Source of the DNA: Raja brachyura
Lineage: Eukaryota
Length of the DNA: 64,000 nucleotides
Direction of reading: 5' to 3'
NCBI GenBank assembly: GCA_963514005.1
Contig: OY740784.1
Coordinates: 12,338,001-12,402,000 of the forward strand
The notes beneath the pieces are model-generated. The model saw only the letters and a program-made list of their open reading frames with translations, ran no database searches and was not told where the DNA came from. This document shows positions 33,811 through 46,714 of this stretch, in pieces; within the stretch, counting starts at the first letter, position 1; each line of letters begins with the position of its first letter. The position numbers and the translations under genes were made by a program.

Positions 33811-36256
33811 ATGGAATTCTCCTAAGCATGAAAATGCTTCACAAGAAGGATTGCACATACACTGATGAACAATGAGGTTAGAATTGAAGAATTTAAAACC
33901 AATAGCATCAAATATGTAACATATAATTTAGCCTGTTTGTAGAATTCAGTTATGAATTAATCTTTGAGGAGAACCCGGAGAAATGTTTTACTATCTGTTA
34001 TGTTTAAGAGTAATTCTTCTGATGAAGAAGATTTTGAAGATTTCAAAGGAAGCAAAGAGATGCCAATTCATAAAATCCTGCACCGCCTCGTGTTTTCTGA
34101 ACCCTGAAACTCACTCACTGAACTTATAAAACATAAAATGGAAGAATAAGGCTGCAATTGTCAAATTCACCAATGTTAATCATGTTAATGTTAAATGATG
34201 AACGTGTCACCCAAAATGTTGCTAATCCTAACCAGGCCACTGCATTAGACAAGGATTCTGAAGATGATGTTAACCAATCTGATCAGCCAAAATCCCGTAG
34301 ATAAATGTTGGGCTTCAATGTTGGACCTCTAGAATCAATCGAGTTCTACAAGAAGAATTCCAGTTATTCTGCTCAGGACTTCATTTTTTTTAAAGAAAGG
34401 CTGCTTTGTTTTAGGCAATCAGATATCCAAAAATTGGAGCAAAGTGATTCCCCAGCATATGTGATATCTTCAGGTTCTGTAACCTCACCCGACACCATAA
34501 ACAGTTAGTTGGATATTTCCTTCCTGATGCAGAAGTGTTCAAAATGTTATATGGCAGCACATTATAACAATATCTAAAAATATATGAATAAACAATAATA
34601 TCCAAAATGCACAGTGTCATTTTAAGTTATTGTATGCAGCATATTTGACAGTACTGTACTGTATTAATGAAGGGGGGACCTCATTGAAACTTACAGAATA
34701 GCGACAAGATTGGATAGAGTGGATGTGGAGAGGATGTTTCTACTGGTAGAAGAGTCTGCGGCCAGATATCAGAGCCTCAGAATTAAAGGACGTGCCTTTA
34801 GGAAGGAGATGAGGTGGGATATCTTTAGACAGAGGGTGGTGAATCTGTGGAATTATTTGCCGCAGAAGGCTGTGGAGGCAGAATAAGTTAGGAGGGAGAG
34901 ATAGAACAGCCATGATTGAATAGATGGGCCGAATGGCCTAATTCTCCTCCTATCAGCTATGAACTTATAATGCTTTACAGCAACAAATGAAACAACTCAT
35001 CACTATCTTAGAATACTGTACTTTATCTCCTGTCTGCTATTACCTTTGTTTTTTGTTTACCAACACTAGCAATTATGCTAGCTGCTGTTTACTAGATATT
35101 GAAGTTACTGTATATTATCCATACAGCACCATTCACTAATTTGATGTATTTTCACCAACCAAATGCTTATAAATCTATTCAAATCCTTCGAATGGACTTT
35201 GCACTATTTAAAGAAATGCTAATACCAACCAGTAAATGGTTAAACATTGTCCTCGATATAGATGTAAAGCCAGCTGATTTGGATATTAATTTTTCATTTC
35301 TATTTGGAAAATATAGCTCTTGCTTTCTTCTGTGCTACAAAATACATATTTCCAATGGAGTTCCAACTGTATCTGACCAGAATTGTATCATTTACCTTGC
35401 ATATTTTCTTAGCATACTTTAAATGGTCTGAGGATTCTGCAGTCAGAAAACTAGAGTAATCGACGGGTGATGGCACTGAATTAACACTGAGGGATCGTAA
35501 GTTCAAATCCTGCTGTGGTAACTTGTGAAAATGAATTCAATAAATCTGATAATGTCCCGGGCATTGTAAAAAAAAATGAATAGAACTATCAACAAATCAC
35601 AGCAGGGGAGGAACCTACCTTGCCCCCATATGATTTTGCTAAGGATTAATTCCAACCTTACACCATATTTTATACCTTTAGGACAAGTCGGGACAAGCAA
35701 TAAACATGGTTACAGAGTGCGGCATGCATCCTAACAACAAATAATGTAATTTCTGATGACAAAGCATCGCATACCTCTGTGTGTTCTCAAAATTCCAAAG
35801 TCAGAATGAAATAGGCCCTGCTCGTGTATAGGCATTATTTGTTAATGATGATATGGAGAATTAAAGTAACTATTTTCCTGAAATAACTCTCTAAAATAAC
35901 ATTAAAATAATCAATAATAATTCTTTTATCAAGATGAACTGGACTTAACATACTTGCATGGGAAAATAAAATCTGTGTTTTCTTCCTTCATGTTATACAG
36001 GGCAAACAATAAACCCCAGTCAGGGACCCTAAAAGTCCTTCCAGACGAGGCAGCAATTAACTTGCACTCCTTCCAATCTAGTCATAGATTTATAGAGAGA
36101 AACAGTGTGGAAACAGGTCATTCGGCCCAACTTGCTCACACCGGCCAATATATCCCAGCTACAATAGTCTCACCTGCCCGCGTTTGATCCATGTCCCTCC
36201 AAACCTGCTTCATTAATTTTTAAGGTCTCCCCCAATCATACATATTCCCCTTGTTA

Positions 36257-36630
36257 AGGGCATGTCCCACTTGGCGATTTTTTCGGCGACTGCCGCCGTC
36301 ACATCAGTGTCGCCAAAAGATTTTGAACATTTCAAAATCCAGCAGTGACGAAAATATGTTGCGACACTTGAAAAAACACCGCGCGTCATACGTCATCACT
36401 CCGCGTCACTGCTGTATCACGCTGCAAATTTTTCGGTGACCTGATACGGCAGTCAATGATGTAGGCTGCTACTGAAAACTAAAGGGCCTGTCCCACTTAC
36501 GTGTCCTTGGCACGCAAGTTATGCGACCTCGTGGTCGCGGTGAGCAGAAACTGTCGAGCGAAGGTCGCGCGCGATTACATGCGTACGCGCAGCCGTCTGG
36601 GGTGCGTGACGTCATTTGAAGAATATCGTG
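36257..36630. mobile_element. Two truncated PIF/Harbinger-like MITE left ends (about 36257 and 36484)
   Basis: TTA-AGGGCATGTCCCACTT and TAA-AGGGCCTGTCCCACTT, with no right TIRs found. Confidence 0.65.
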
Positions 36631-36923
36631 CCAAATATAGGATGAAATCCTCACTGAGGTGTGTCTCTGCTAGCTGAGCCATTGTGACATATCATTTGAA
36701 ACTGGTGGTTTTAACTTCAAAGTCTTTTGACTTAAACAGTAGGAGTGGAGAATGTCGAGAAATAGAGCATGAAATGTTCAGATAAGGTAATCCTGGTCTC
36801 AATAGGAAAAATGTCAACCGGAATATGTGAAAATATAATCGTTATCGCGTAGCGTTTTCGCGAAAATGTAAAGACAACCACATATATACACGCACACTAA
36901 CAAAATCAGAGTTTTAATAATTA

Positions 36924-37119
36924 CTAGATCAAGTGCAGACCCATTGAGTCTGGTCCCCCATTGTGCGGCTGCGGGGAGGGAGGGGGCAGCATGCGGCGTC
37001 ACACTCACTAACTACCCCCGCCCCCACATACACGCTAACGACCCCCTTGATATTATATTATTATTAATTTGCTCCCTTTACCCATAACGGCCCAATCTAC
37101 TGACGTATAGCCCCCAACT
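36924..37119 (-). mobile_element. Helitron 3' end
   Basis: Minus strand reads CAGACTCAATGGGTCTG (hairpin), CACTTGAT, CTAG|T, the same geometry as 28932-28961. Confidence 0.6.
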
Positions 37120-39434
37120 GGGGGGAGGGAGAGGGGGGGGGAGAGGGGAGGGGGGAGAAGGGAGGGGGGGAGAAGGGAGGGGGGGAGAAGGGAGGGGGGG
37201 AGATGGGAAGGGGGGAGATGGGAGGGGGGAGAAGGGAGGGGGGAGAAGGGAGGGGGGGAGAAGGGAGGGGGGGAGAAGGGAGGGGGGGAGAAGGGAGGGG
37301 GGGAGAAGGGAGGGGGGGAGAAGGGAGGGGGGAGAAGGGAGGGGGGAGAAGGGAGGGGGGAGAAGGGAGGGGGGAGAAGGGAGGGGGGGAGAAGGAGGGG
37401 GGAGAAGGGAGGGGGGGAGAAGGGAGGGGGGGAGAAGGGGGGGGAGAAGGGAGGGGGGAGAAGGGAGGGGGGAGAAGGGAGGGGGGGAGAAGGGAGGGGG
37501 GGAGAAGGGAGGGGGGGAGAAGGGAGGGGGGGAGAAGGGAGGGGGGGAGAAGGGAGGGGGGAGAAGGGAGGGGGGGAGAAGGGAGGGGGGAGAAGGGAGG
37601 GGGGAGAAGGGAGGGGGGAGAAGGGAGGGGGGGAGAAGGGAGGGGGGAGAAGGGAGGGGGGGAGAAGGGAGGGGGGAGAAGGAGGGGGGGAGAAGGGAGG
37701 GGGGGAGAAGGGAGGGGGGGAGAAGGGAGGGGGGGGAGAAGGGAGGGGGGGAGAAGGGAGGGGGGGAGAAGGGAGGGGGGGAGAAGGGAGGGGGGAGAAG
37801 GGAGGGGGGGAGAAGGGAGGGGGGGAGAAGGGAGGGGGGGAGAAGGGAGGGGGGGAGAAGGGAGGGGGGGAGAAGGGAGGGGGGGAAGGGAGGGGGGGAA
37901 GGGAGGGGGGAGAAGGGAGGGGAGAGAAGGGAGGGGAGAGAAGGGAGGGGGGAGAAGGGAGGGGGGGAGAAGGGAGGGGGGGAGAAGGGAGGGGGGGAGA
38001 AGGGAGGGGGGGAGAAGGGAGGGGGGAGAAGGGAGGGGGGAGAAGGGAGGGGGGGAGAAGGGAGGGGGGGAGAAGGGAGGGTGGGGAGAAGGGAGGGGGG
38101 GAGAAGGGAGGGGGGAGAAGGGAGGGGGGGAGAAGGGAGGGGGGGAGAAGGGAGGGGGGGAGAAGGGAGGGGGGGAGAAGGGAGGGGGGGAGAAGGGAGG
38201 GGGGGAGAAGGGAGGGGGGGAGAAGGGAGGGGGGGAGAAGGGAGGGGGGGAGAAGGGAGGGGGGGAGAAGGGAGGGGGGGAGAAGGGAGGGGGGGAGAAG
38301 GGAGGGGGGGGAGAAGGGAGGGGGGGGAGAAGGGAGGGGGGGAGAAGGGAGGGGGGGGAGAAGGGAGGGGGGGAGAAGGGAGGGGGGAGAAGGGAGGGGG
38401 GGAGAAGGGAGGGGGGGAGAAGGGAGGGGGGGAGAAGGGAGGGGGGGAGAAGGGAGGGGGGGAGAAGGGAGGGGGGGAGAAGGGAGGGGGGGAGAAGGGA
38501 GGGGGGGAGAAGGGAGGGGGGGAGAAGGGAGGGGGGGAGAAGGGAGGGGGGGAGAAGGGAGGGGGGGAGAAGGGAGGGGGGGAGAAGGGAGGGGGGGAGA
38601 AGGGAGGGGGGGAGAAGGGAGGGGGGGAGAAGGGAGGGGGGAGAAGGAGGGGGGGAGAAGGGAGGGGGGGAGAGGGAGGGGGGGAGAAGGGAGGGGGGGA
38701 GAAGGGAGGGGGGGAGGAGGGGGGGAGAAGGGAGGGGGGGGAGAAGGGAGGGGGGGAGAAGGGAGGGGGGAGAAGGGGAGGGGGGGAGAAGGGAGGGGGG
38801 AGAAGGGAGGGGGGGAGAAGGGAGGGGGGGAGAAGGGAGGGGGGGAGAAGGGAGGGGGGGAGAAGGGAGGGGGGGAGAAGGGAGGGGGGGAGAAGGGAGG
38901 GGGGGAGGAGGGGGGAGAAGGGAGGGGGGGAGAAGGGAGGGGGGGAGAAGGGAGGGGGGGGAAGGGAGGGGGGAGAAGGGAGGGGGGAGAAGGGAGGGGG
39001 GAGAAGGGAGGGGGGAGAAGGGAGGGGGGGAGAAGGGAGGGGGGGAGAAGGGAGGGGGGGAGAAGGGAGGGGGGGAGAAGGGAGGGGGGGAGAAGGGAGG
39101 GGGGGAGAAGGGAGGGGGGGAGAAGGGAGGGGGGGGTAGGGAGGGGGGAGAAGGGAGGGGGGAGAAGGGAGGGGGGGAAGGAGGGGGGGAGAAGGGAGGG
39201 GGGAGAAGGGAGGGGGGGAGAAGGGAGGGGGGGAGAAGGGAGGGGGGGAGAAGGGAGGGGGGGAGAAGGGAGGGGGGGGAGAAGGGGGGGGAGAAGGGAG
39301 GGGGGGAGAAGGGAGGGGGGGAGAAGGGAGGGGGGGAGAAGGGGGGGGAGAAGGGGGGGAGAAGGGGGGGGAGAAGGGGGCGGGGGGGAGAAGGGGGGGG
39401 GGGAGAAGGGGGGGGGGGAGAAGGGGGGGGGAAG
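37120..39434 (+). repeat. Polypurine minisatellite, unit about GGAGAAGGGAGGGGG (15 bp), roughly 150 copies
   Basis: About 2.3 kb of almost only G and A (about five pyrimidines seen). Unit length varies with G-run length. Confidence 0.97.
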
Positions 39435-39449
39435 CAGAGGGCGAGGAGG

Positions 39450-41750
39450 AAGGCTGTTTTTCAGGCTGGAGGCTTGTGAGTAGTGGTGTGCCACAGGGAG
39501 CGATGCTGGTCCCATTGTTCTTTGTCATGCATGTCAATAATTTGAATGGGAATGTGCAAGACATTATTTTTAGTTTAGTTTGAAGAGTTAGCCTGGAAAC
39601 ATGCGTTTTTGTCCACAGAGTCCACTCCGACCATTGATATCCCATTCCCAAGATGCGAGGGTGCATTTGGAATTTGTAGAATGCCAACGAGATGCTTGTT
39701 GAGAACAGCTCATGGCCGAGCATACTGTGGTAACTAGATTCATGCACCTGTCTAATTGCTTCTTAAATGTTGCGATAGTCCCTGCCTCAACTACTTCTTC
39801 CGGCTCGTGCCATTCACCCACTATCCTTTGCATGAAAAATGTACCTCTCAGATTCCTACAAGATCTTTTCCCCTTCACCTTGAACCTATGCCCTCTGATT
39901 CTTTATTGTCCCACTCTGGACAAGAGACAGTGCGTTCATTCGACCTATTCTTCTCATGATTTCATACACCTCTATAAGATCACTCCTCATCCTCCTGTCC
40001 TCCAATGAACATCCTAGCCTGCTGAAAATGTCGCTACAGCTGTCCCTCGAGTCCTGGTAACATCCTCGTAAATCTTCTCTACACCCTTTCCAATTTAACA
40101 ACATATTTCTTATAACATGGTGCCCAGAACTGAGCACAATACTCCAAATGCAGTCTCATCAAATTCTTATATAACTGCAACATGACATCCCAACTTCTAT
40201 ACTTAATACCCTGACTGATGAAGGAAATATGCCAAAAGCCTTATTGATAACCCCATCTAAGTGGCATGCCACAGCACCTTCAAGGAAGTATGCACCTGCA
40301 CTCCCCAGAGCCATACCATTCACCGTGTAGGTCCTGGCCATGTTAGACTTTCCAAAAGACAACACCTCACATTTATCTGTATTAAATTGGTGTCAAGTTG
40401 GGAAAAGGGAAAGTACAACAGGATCTGAAGTCAATGAAACTAAGCATGCAGGTACAGCAGGCAGTGAAGAAAGCGAATGGCATGTTGGCCTTCATAACAA
40501 TGAGTATAGGAGCAAAGATGCCCTTCTGCAGTTGTGAAGGGCCCTCGTGAGACCACACCTGGAGTATTGTGTGCAGTTTTGGTCTCCAATTTTGAGGAAG
40601 GACGTTCTTGCTATTGAGGGAGTGCAGCGTAGATTCACAAGCTTAATTCCCGGGATGGCGGGGCTGTCATATGCTGAGAGAATGGACTTGTATATTCTGG
40701 AGTTCAGAAGGATAAGAGGGGATCTTATTGAAACATATAAGATTATTAAGGGTTTGGACACGCTAGATCAGGAAATGTCCCCGATGTTGGGGGAGTCCAA
40801 AACCAGGGGCCACAGTTTAAGAATAAGGGGTAACCCATTTAGAACGGAGATGAGGAAACACGTTTTCTCACAGAGAGTGGCGAGTCTGTGGAATTCTCTG
40901 CCTCAGAAGTCGGTTCTCTGGAAACTTTCAAGAGAGAGCTAGATAGGGCTCTTGAAGATAGCAAAGTCAGGGGATATGGGGAGAAGGCAGGAACGGGGTA
41001 CTGATTGGGGATGATCAGCCATGATCACATTGAATGGTAGTGCCGACTTGCAGGGCCGTATGGCCTACTCCTGCACCTGTTGTCTAAATTCCATCAACCA
41101 TTCCACAGCCTACCTGGCCAATGATCAAGATCCTGCTGCACTTTTTGACAACCATTTTCACTACCTGCAATACCACCCATTTTAGTGTTATCTGAAAATT
41201 TGCTAATCTTGCCATGTACATTCTCATCCAAATCATTGATATAGATGACAAACAGTAATGGGACCAGCACCAAACACTGAGGCACACCACTAGTCACAGG
41301 GCCCCAGTCTGAGAAGCAACCTTCCACCATCACCCTCAGCTTCCTTCCAGGAAGCCAATTCTCTATCCATTCAGCTATCTCACGTTGGTCCCTTGAGTTA
41401 GCTAGAATTCATGGGCCTGAGACTTTATTCCTTGTAGCCCAACAGGCTCAGGGGTGATCACAGAGAGGCATATAAACTCATGAAGGGAATAGACATGGTG
41501 AATGCACAAAGTATTTTACCCATGGTAAGGGAATCACAAACTGGAAGGCATAGGTTTAAGGTGAGAGGGAAAAGATTAACTAGCAACGCAAGGGGAAACA
41601 TTTGCACACAGAGGGTGGTAGGTATATGGAATGAGCTGCCAGAGGAAGTAGTTGAGGCAGGTATAGTGACAACATTTCGAAGACACTTGGACAGGTACAT
41701 GGATAGAAAAGGTTTAGAGTCTTATGATCGGAAAACTGTCAAATGGGTCT
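39450..41750. mobile_element. CR1 cluster: (+) 39450-39570, (-) 39700-40390 continuing at 41085-41390, nested (+) 40395-41085, (+) 41400-41750
   Basis: RT motifs (VTSGVPQCLVLVPLLFVIYINDLD, KISKFSD) and ORF2 C-terminal motifs in the listed ORFs. Confidence 0.85.
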
Positions 41751-41930
41751 GTTTTCTGTGTGTCTCTGAGACTCCATGTAGACATTTCTACTTTAATCAT
41801 CGCTGATCCTGGATTCATGGAGTAATGTTGAGAAAAGCAACCATAGAACAGGGGTAAAAAAAAAACACAGCAAATGCAATAAGGAAACATGGGAGACACC
41901 GTAAAAGGTGCAGACTAGGGTAAATCCTAC

Positions 41931-42005
41931 CTTGCCATCTTCTGAACAAATTCCAATATATTCTCCACTTTCATCCAAGCTAATTTGATTCACCTTCACA
42001 GAGCT
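41931..42005 (-). CDS. VPS41: VPS41 coding exon, SSVKVNQISLDESGEYIGICSEDGK
   Basis: Embedded in ORF 41793..42038. Matches human SPVKINQISLDESGEHMGVCSEDGK. TTTCAG acceptor, GTAGGA donor, 75 bp. Confidence 0.96.
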
Positions 42006-42586
42006 CTGAAATGCAGTAATTAAAACAGAACATGTCACTGATTAGTGGATCATGATACAGTCTCATTCGTCTCATTGGGCAATCCTCCGGACACATTTAG
42101 TGTAAAGCTAGGAAAGAAATCTGAAAATAGGTCAATTGAACATTTTCATATGTTAATGAAATTACAACATTTGTAATTGATGTATATAATCTAATGCTAT
42201 TCAAAATTAAAATCAGATGAGATAAAACCAAATTCTAGATTAATCTTACTTGATCAGCGTTCTTATCTATATTCAGTGAATGCTGGCACTCTTTCACACA
42301 GATTTTAACACAATGTATTTATATTAAATTGGGAAATTACCTAGATGGTGACAAAGTGCTTTCAAAACCCAAATGGCGCATGATGTCTGAAATCGAACTC
42401 AACTCATCAAGCCAATGACTCCAGCCACGCACCTAAGTCCTTGAATCATAAATTCTCATCAAAGTGGCTGCACAAAGGGTGAAAACTCTGCATTGCTTTG
42501 TGGTTAAATAGAACATATCAATCGGTTGATGAAAGAAAGGTATCATAGAGATCAGAAACAGAGTAGGAAAAGCTAATCAGGAAATA

Positions 42587-43290
42587 ATGAAGAAGGGTCT
42601 CAACCTGAAACTCCTTCTCTCCCGAGATCTGGCCTGTCCCACTGAGTTACTCCAGCAGTTGGTGTCAGTCAGGAAACAACGATGCTCGTGTGCAAGATGA
42701 ATAAAAAACGTGACACATTTGACTTGGAGCAACACCATACAATTATCTTCCACACACTCAGCTTAGGGATGGAGGTAAAATGCCCAAGTTTTCTCAGCTC
42801 ACAGGTATCCTTTTACAACATGGGCTATTAAAAAAAGGGATGAAGGGAGGGAGCTTTCCATTATTAGCTATAAAATATAAAGCATGGCAATAATTCGTTC
42901 CCCAATATTATGATGTATCCAAGAGAGTTAGAGTTAGAGAGTTTCGGGCTAACGGAGTCAAGGAAAATGGAGAGATAGCAGGAACGGGGTACTGATTTGG
43001 GATGATCAGCCATGAGCATATTGAATGCTGGTGCTGGCTCGAAGGGCCGATTCCTGCACCTATTTTCTATGTTTCCATTAACCGGGATTGTCTTAATGTG
43101 AACAAGTTAGAGATGGTAGGGTATTTTCAAGTGCACAAAAGAGAGCTGTAGATACAAGGAACTGCAGATATTAGTTCTGCTAACAATTTAAAAAAGCCAT
43201 ACGATGTTGGAGTAACTCAGCGGGTCAGGCAGCATCCCTGCGGAACATTGATAAGTGACATTTCAGGTCCTGACCCCTCCTTCAGACAGT
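42587..43290. mobile_element. Penelope repeat (+) 42587-42665, CR1 tail (+) 42925-43080, Penelope repeat (-) 43157-43290
   Basis: Sequence similarity to other copies within the window. Confidence 0.65.
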
Positions 43291-43539
43291 TTGTGCCAAT
43301 ATGCTCTATTTGAGCAAGGGCATACTGTACCTAATCTTCGAAAATGTAGGCATTCAAGTGGTGAAAGTGCCAGCAGGAAAGTATTTTTGAGATAGTGGCC
43401 ATAACTGTGTAAATTTAATTGAGTTGTGGAAAGGGATAATGAGGGTCCAGAAATTAAGGTTCTGAGTGAAAAAGGCCAATTTCAAAATTATACAACAGAC
43501 CTAGCAAAATTCCGTCAGAATACAGCTACTGATCGGTAA

Positions 43540-44091
43540 TGGGCCTGTCCCATTTAGGTGATTTTTTCGGCGAATGTCATAGTCGGAGCAGGTCGCCGAA
43601 AAAACGGTGACTGGACATCCCCCCATGACAACGTCTACAACAACCTACCACTTAGTCGACCTCAAGCTCTGGCAAGCTACGAACAACCGGCGACCCATCA
43701 ACGACAACCTATGTCCACCCGCAACAAGCTACGACAAGGTACAACCCTGTCGGCGACAACTTAAGACAATTCAGTCGCCGCTACCTGTCGCCGGTTGACG
43801 TAGGTAATCGCCAATGGAATTCACTGGTCAGCACCGGCGACAACCTACATCACCTGGCGACAAACTGCACCATCCTGGCGACAACCTACGACAGCACCTA
43901 CATCAGGAGACGTCAAGCTACGGTCATTGGCATCAAGCCAACTGTCGCAGAAAAGTTTTGAACATTAAAAAATCCAGCGGCGACCAGAAAAACGCTATGA
44001 CTCTTTGGGCGACTGAGGAGGCTACTCACGACCATATAGGCGACACCCCGGCAACCATGTGCCGAAAAATCGCCTAAGTGGGACAGGGGCA
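43540..44091. mobile_element. PIF/Harbinger-like MITE
   Basis: TIRs TGGGCCTGTCCCATTTAGGTGATTTTT and AAAAATCGCCTAAGTGGGACAGGGGCA, flanked by TAA/CAA. Confidence 0.8.
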
Positions 44092-44263
44092 CAAGTCTAC
44101 ATCCATGGGAGTCATTAGGAAATGTAATAGTGAAAGTTCAGGCCCAACATATTCCAGTAAGAGTCAAAGGTAAGGACAGCAAGCCCAAGGAGCCCTGGAT
44201 AATGAAAAAAATGTGGCAAATATTTAAAAAACTGAAAACGAAGGGGGGAGGGATCCTTTAGGT

Positions 44264-45133
44264 CAGGGATCGGCAACCTTGTTCTGCGTAGGGGCCAGGA
44301 CGCATGTCTGTGAGTGGATGGCGGGCCACATCTATCACGTGTACACATGGATCCCGCGCCCATCACACCCCGGATGGCAGGCATCAAACCACATAGATCC
44401 CGCCCCTTCGAGGATGCCATGCGGAGCACTGGACCCTAGTTACGGGCAAAGATGCTTACGGGCGCTCACGAACGTGTCGCACCCACGGACCATTGCCTTG
44501 GCTCTGTCCTGAAGGTGATGGCTCAAATACTCATACTCACTCATCCCCGGTCTATTGACAACCCTGATCCCGACTGTGTGTTTAAGAAAGAACTGCAGAT
44601 GCTGGAAAATCGAAGGTAGACAAAAATGCTGGAGAAACTCAGCGGGTGAGACAGCATCTATGGAGCGAAGGAACAGGCGACGTTTCGGGTCAAGACCCTT
44701 CTTCAGACTGGTCTCAGAGCAACATCAGCCACTTCTGAAGAAGGGTCCCGACCCGAAACGTCGTCTATTCCTTCGCTCCATATTTGCTGCCTCACTCGCT
44801 GAGTTTCTCCAGCTATTTTGTCTTCCTCCGATCCCGACAGTGAAGCCCAAACACAGAAGGTGCGTGTCCGTGCCGGCAGCTTTGCGCAGGATGCGGTACA
44901 GCCAGAGCTTGACGCTCCTCTGCAGCTCCGCGCTCCTCGGCGGTTCGGCCATTCCGGCCGCCAGCGCAGGCCTCCTTGTGTCCTTGCATCACCGCCCGTG
45001 GGCCCGGGACGTAACAGAGATTAAGGAAGTCGGCGGGACAGATAAATACGGGGGGGAAAAAAAACACCCGCGGGCCGGACGATTTCAGGTTAGGGGCCGC
45101 ATTTGGCCCGGGGTCGTAGGTTGCCGACCCCTG
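44264..45133. mobile_element. hAT (Charlie-like) MITE
   Basis: TIRs CAGGGATCGGCAACC and GGTTGCCGACCCCTG. 8-bp TSD CTTTAGGT/CTCTAGGT. Confidence 0.87.
44578..44828. mobile_element. Fold-back Penelope repeat insertion with two back-to-back hammerhead cores
   Basis: Minus core at 44679-44706 and plus core at 44735-44762. Flanks GATCCCGAC(T/A)GTG are duplicated. Confidence 0.82.
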
Positions 45134-45893
45134 CTCTAGGTGTACACAAAGTGTACAGTAATTATTAAAAATAAATTAGGAGGGCAATGGGGAGGCTTGC
45201 AATATCACTCACAGACAAGGTCAAGGTAAATCCCAAAACATTTTATATTGGGAAGAGGGTAACCAGGTAAAGAAAATGGTTCATTAGGGATCAAACCACA
45301 ATTCTGTGCCGGGAGCCCGATAACATAGGGAAGGACAAGGACATTGTAGTTGGAGAATTCTGGAAGGAATCATTAAAAGAGGCGTAATAATTTTAGTAGT
45401 CTTAAGATAGATAAACCCCCCACAGCCTGATGTGATGTATCCAAAGCTGCTGTGGGAGGAGGCAAAGGGGGAGATTGTGTATTGTGGGGACAGAGATTTT
45501 TTTTATTTTAATTTTTATTAGCCACAGGTGAAGTGCAATATGACTCGAGGACATCAAAAGTGGTTCCTTTATCCAAGAGAAATAGGCCCAAGCCAGATTT
45601 GTAGATTTAACCTCAGTGCTAGGGAAGTTATATTTAAAAAAACTGTGAGGGAATGGTTTAATGTGCACTTGAAAAGACAGGATTAATAAAAAATAAAATG
45701 TTTTTACTTTGGGAAGATCTTGTCTGACTAATTTGATTGCACTTTTGAAGAGGCAACAAAATCTATTCATGAGGGTAGTACAGTTGAACAATCGGCATTT
45801 GACATGGAAAACTAGTCCCAAAGGTTAGAATCCAAATTGAATGCCAAACTGACTTTGTGATAAGAGGCTTTGGGATGGTGGAAGGTTGTTTTA

Positions 45894-46190
45894 AGGCCCT
45901 GTCCCACGATGCGAGATTACCCAAGAGCTCTCCCGAGTTAAAAAAAAAAATCAAACTCGCGGTGAGTACGTAGAATGTACGTAGCGGGTACGTCGGAGCT
46001 CGTGAATGTCTCGTAGCGGCTCATAATGCTAATGGCAGGTACTCGGGAAACGCGGAAACTCGTGAAGTTTTTTCAACTGTGAAAAATTTCCAAGAGTTAA
46101 AAAATACTCGTGATGAAGTGCCACGAGTTTGATTTTTTTTTTAAATCTCGGGAGATCTCTTGGGTAAACTCGCATCGTGGGACAGGGGCT
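45894..46190. mobile_element. PIF/Harbinger-like MITE
   Basis: Long TIRs AGGCCCTGTCCCACGATGCGAG... and ...CTCGCATCGTGGGACAGGGGCT. TTA TSD, and the CR1 sequence resumes across it. Confidence 0.88.
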
Positions 46191-46714
46191 TTAGTGATTA
46201 GAAATCTGTGACCGACCGTGCACCACAAGGATTGGTGCTTAATTTTTACCCCTCATATACAATAATGATTTGGATGTGAATCTGGAAGGCATGATTAGTA
46301 AATTTTCAGATGACACAAATATTGGTGGTGTTATCTCACTGCTACATCAGGAAGAAGGGCCAGGGAACTCAGAACCATAATCTCCAGGTTCAAGAACAGC
46401 ATCCTCCCATCAACCATCAGTTTTTTTGAACTACCCGAACACAATCCTACCGCACCAATCTGCTACGGACTGCAGCCAGGAATGAGTGGGTTAACATATG
46501 ATGAACATCTAACGGCACTGGGCCTCTGCTCGCTGGAGTGTGGGATGATGGGGGACCTCACTGAAACTTACCGAGTAGTGAAAGGCCTGCATTGAGTTGA
46601 AGTGGAGAGGATGTTGCCACTAGTTGGAGAGTCTAGGACCAGAGATCATAGCCTCAGAATTAAAGGAATTCAGTGCCACTAAAGGCTGGAGATACTGTAA
46701 TTGGATATCTCTAA

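Larger units (their letters stand above)
31890..34500 (+). pseudogene. Decayed Tigger/pogo-family transposase fossil, interrupted by younger elements
   Basis: Manual translation gives LDKVLQKWYALKYLEGSLISG (CENP-B-type HTH, about 31917), KEYGFSLKQIYNADETA (about 32165-32215), WVEGGIFLHWFHHVLMP (about 33003) and [10 protein letters not shown] (about 33105). The right boundary is uncertain. Confidence 0.7.

Noticed and set aside
35410-35690. Possible ancient Deu-type SINE (box B-like GTTCAAATCC)
   Set aside because: Too diverged to support without a profile search.
37053-39747. Long Pro-rich and Gly-rich ORFs (352-889 aa) resembling extensin or collagen
   Set aside because: Artefacts of a stop-free purine satellite that is open in several frames on both strands, inside an intron.
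44555-45139. 194-aa GC-rich ORF
   Set aside because: It spans a Penelope hairpin and a hAT MITE interior, with no recognisable domain.
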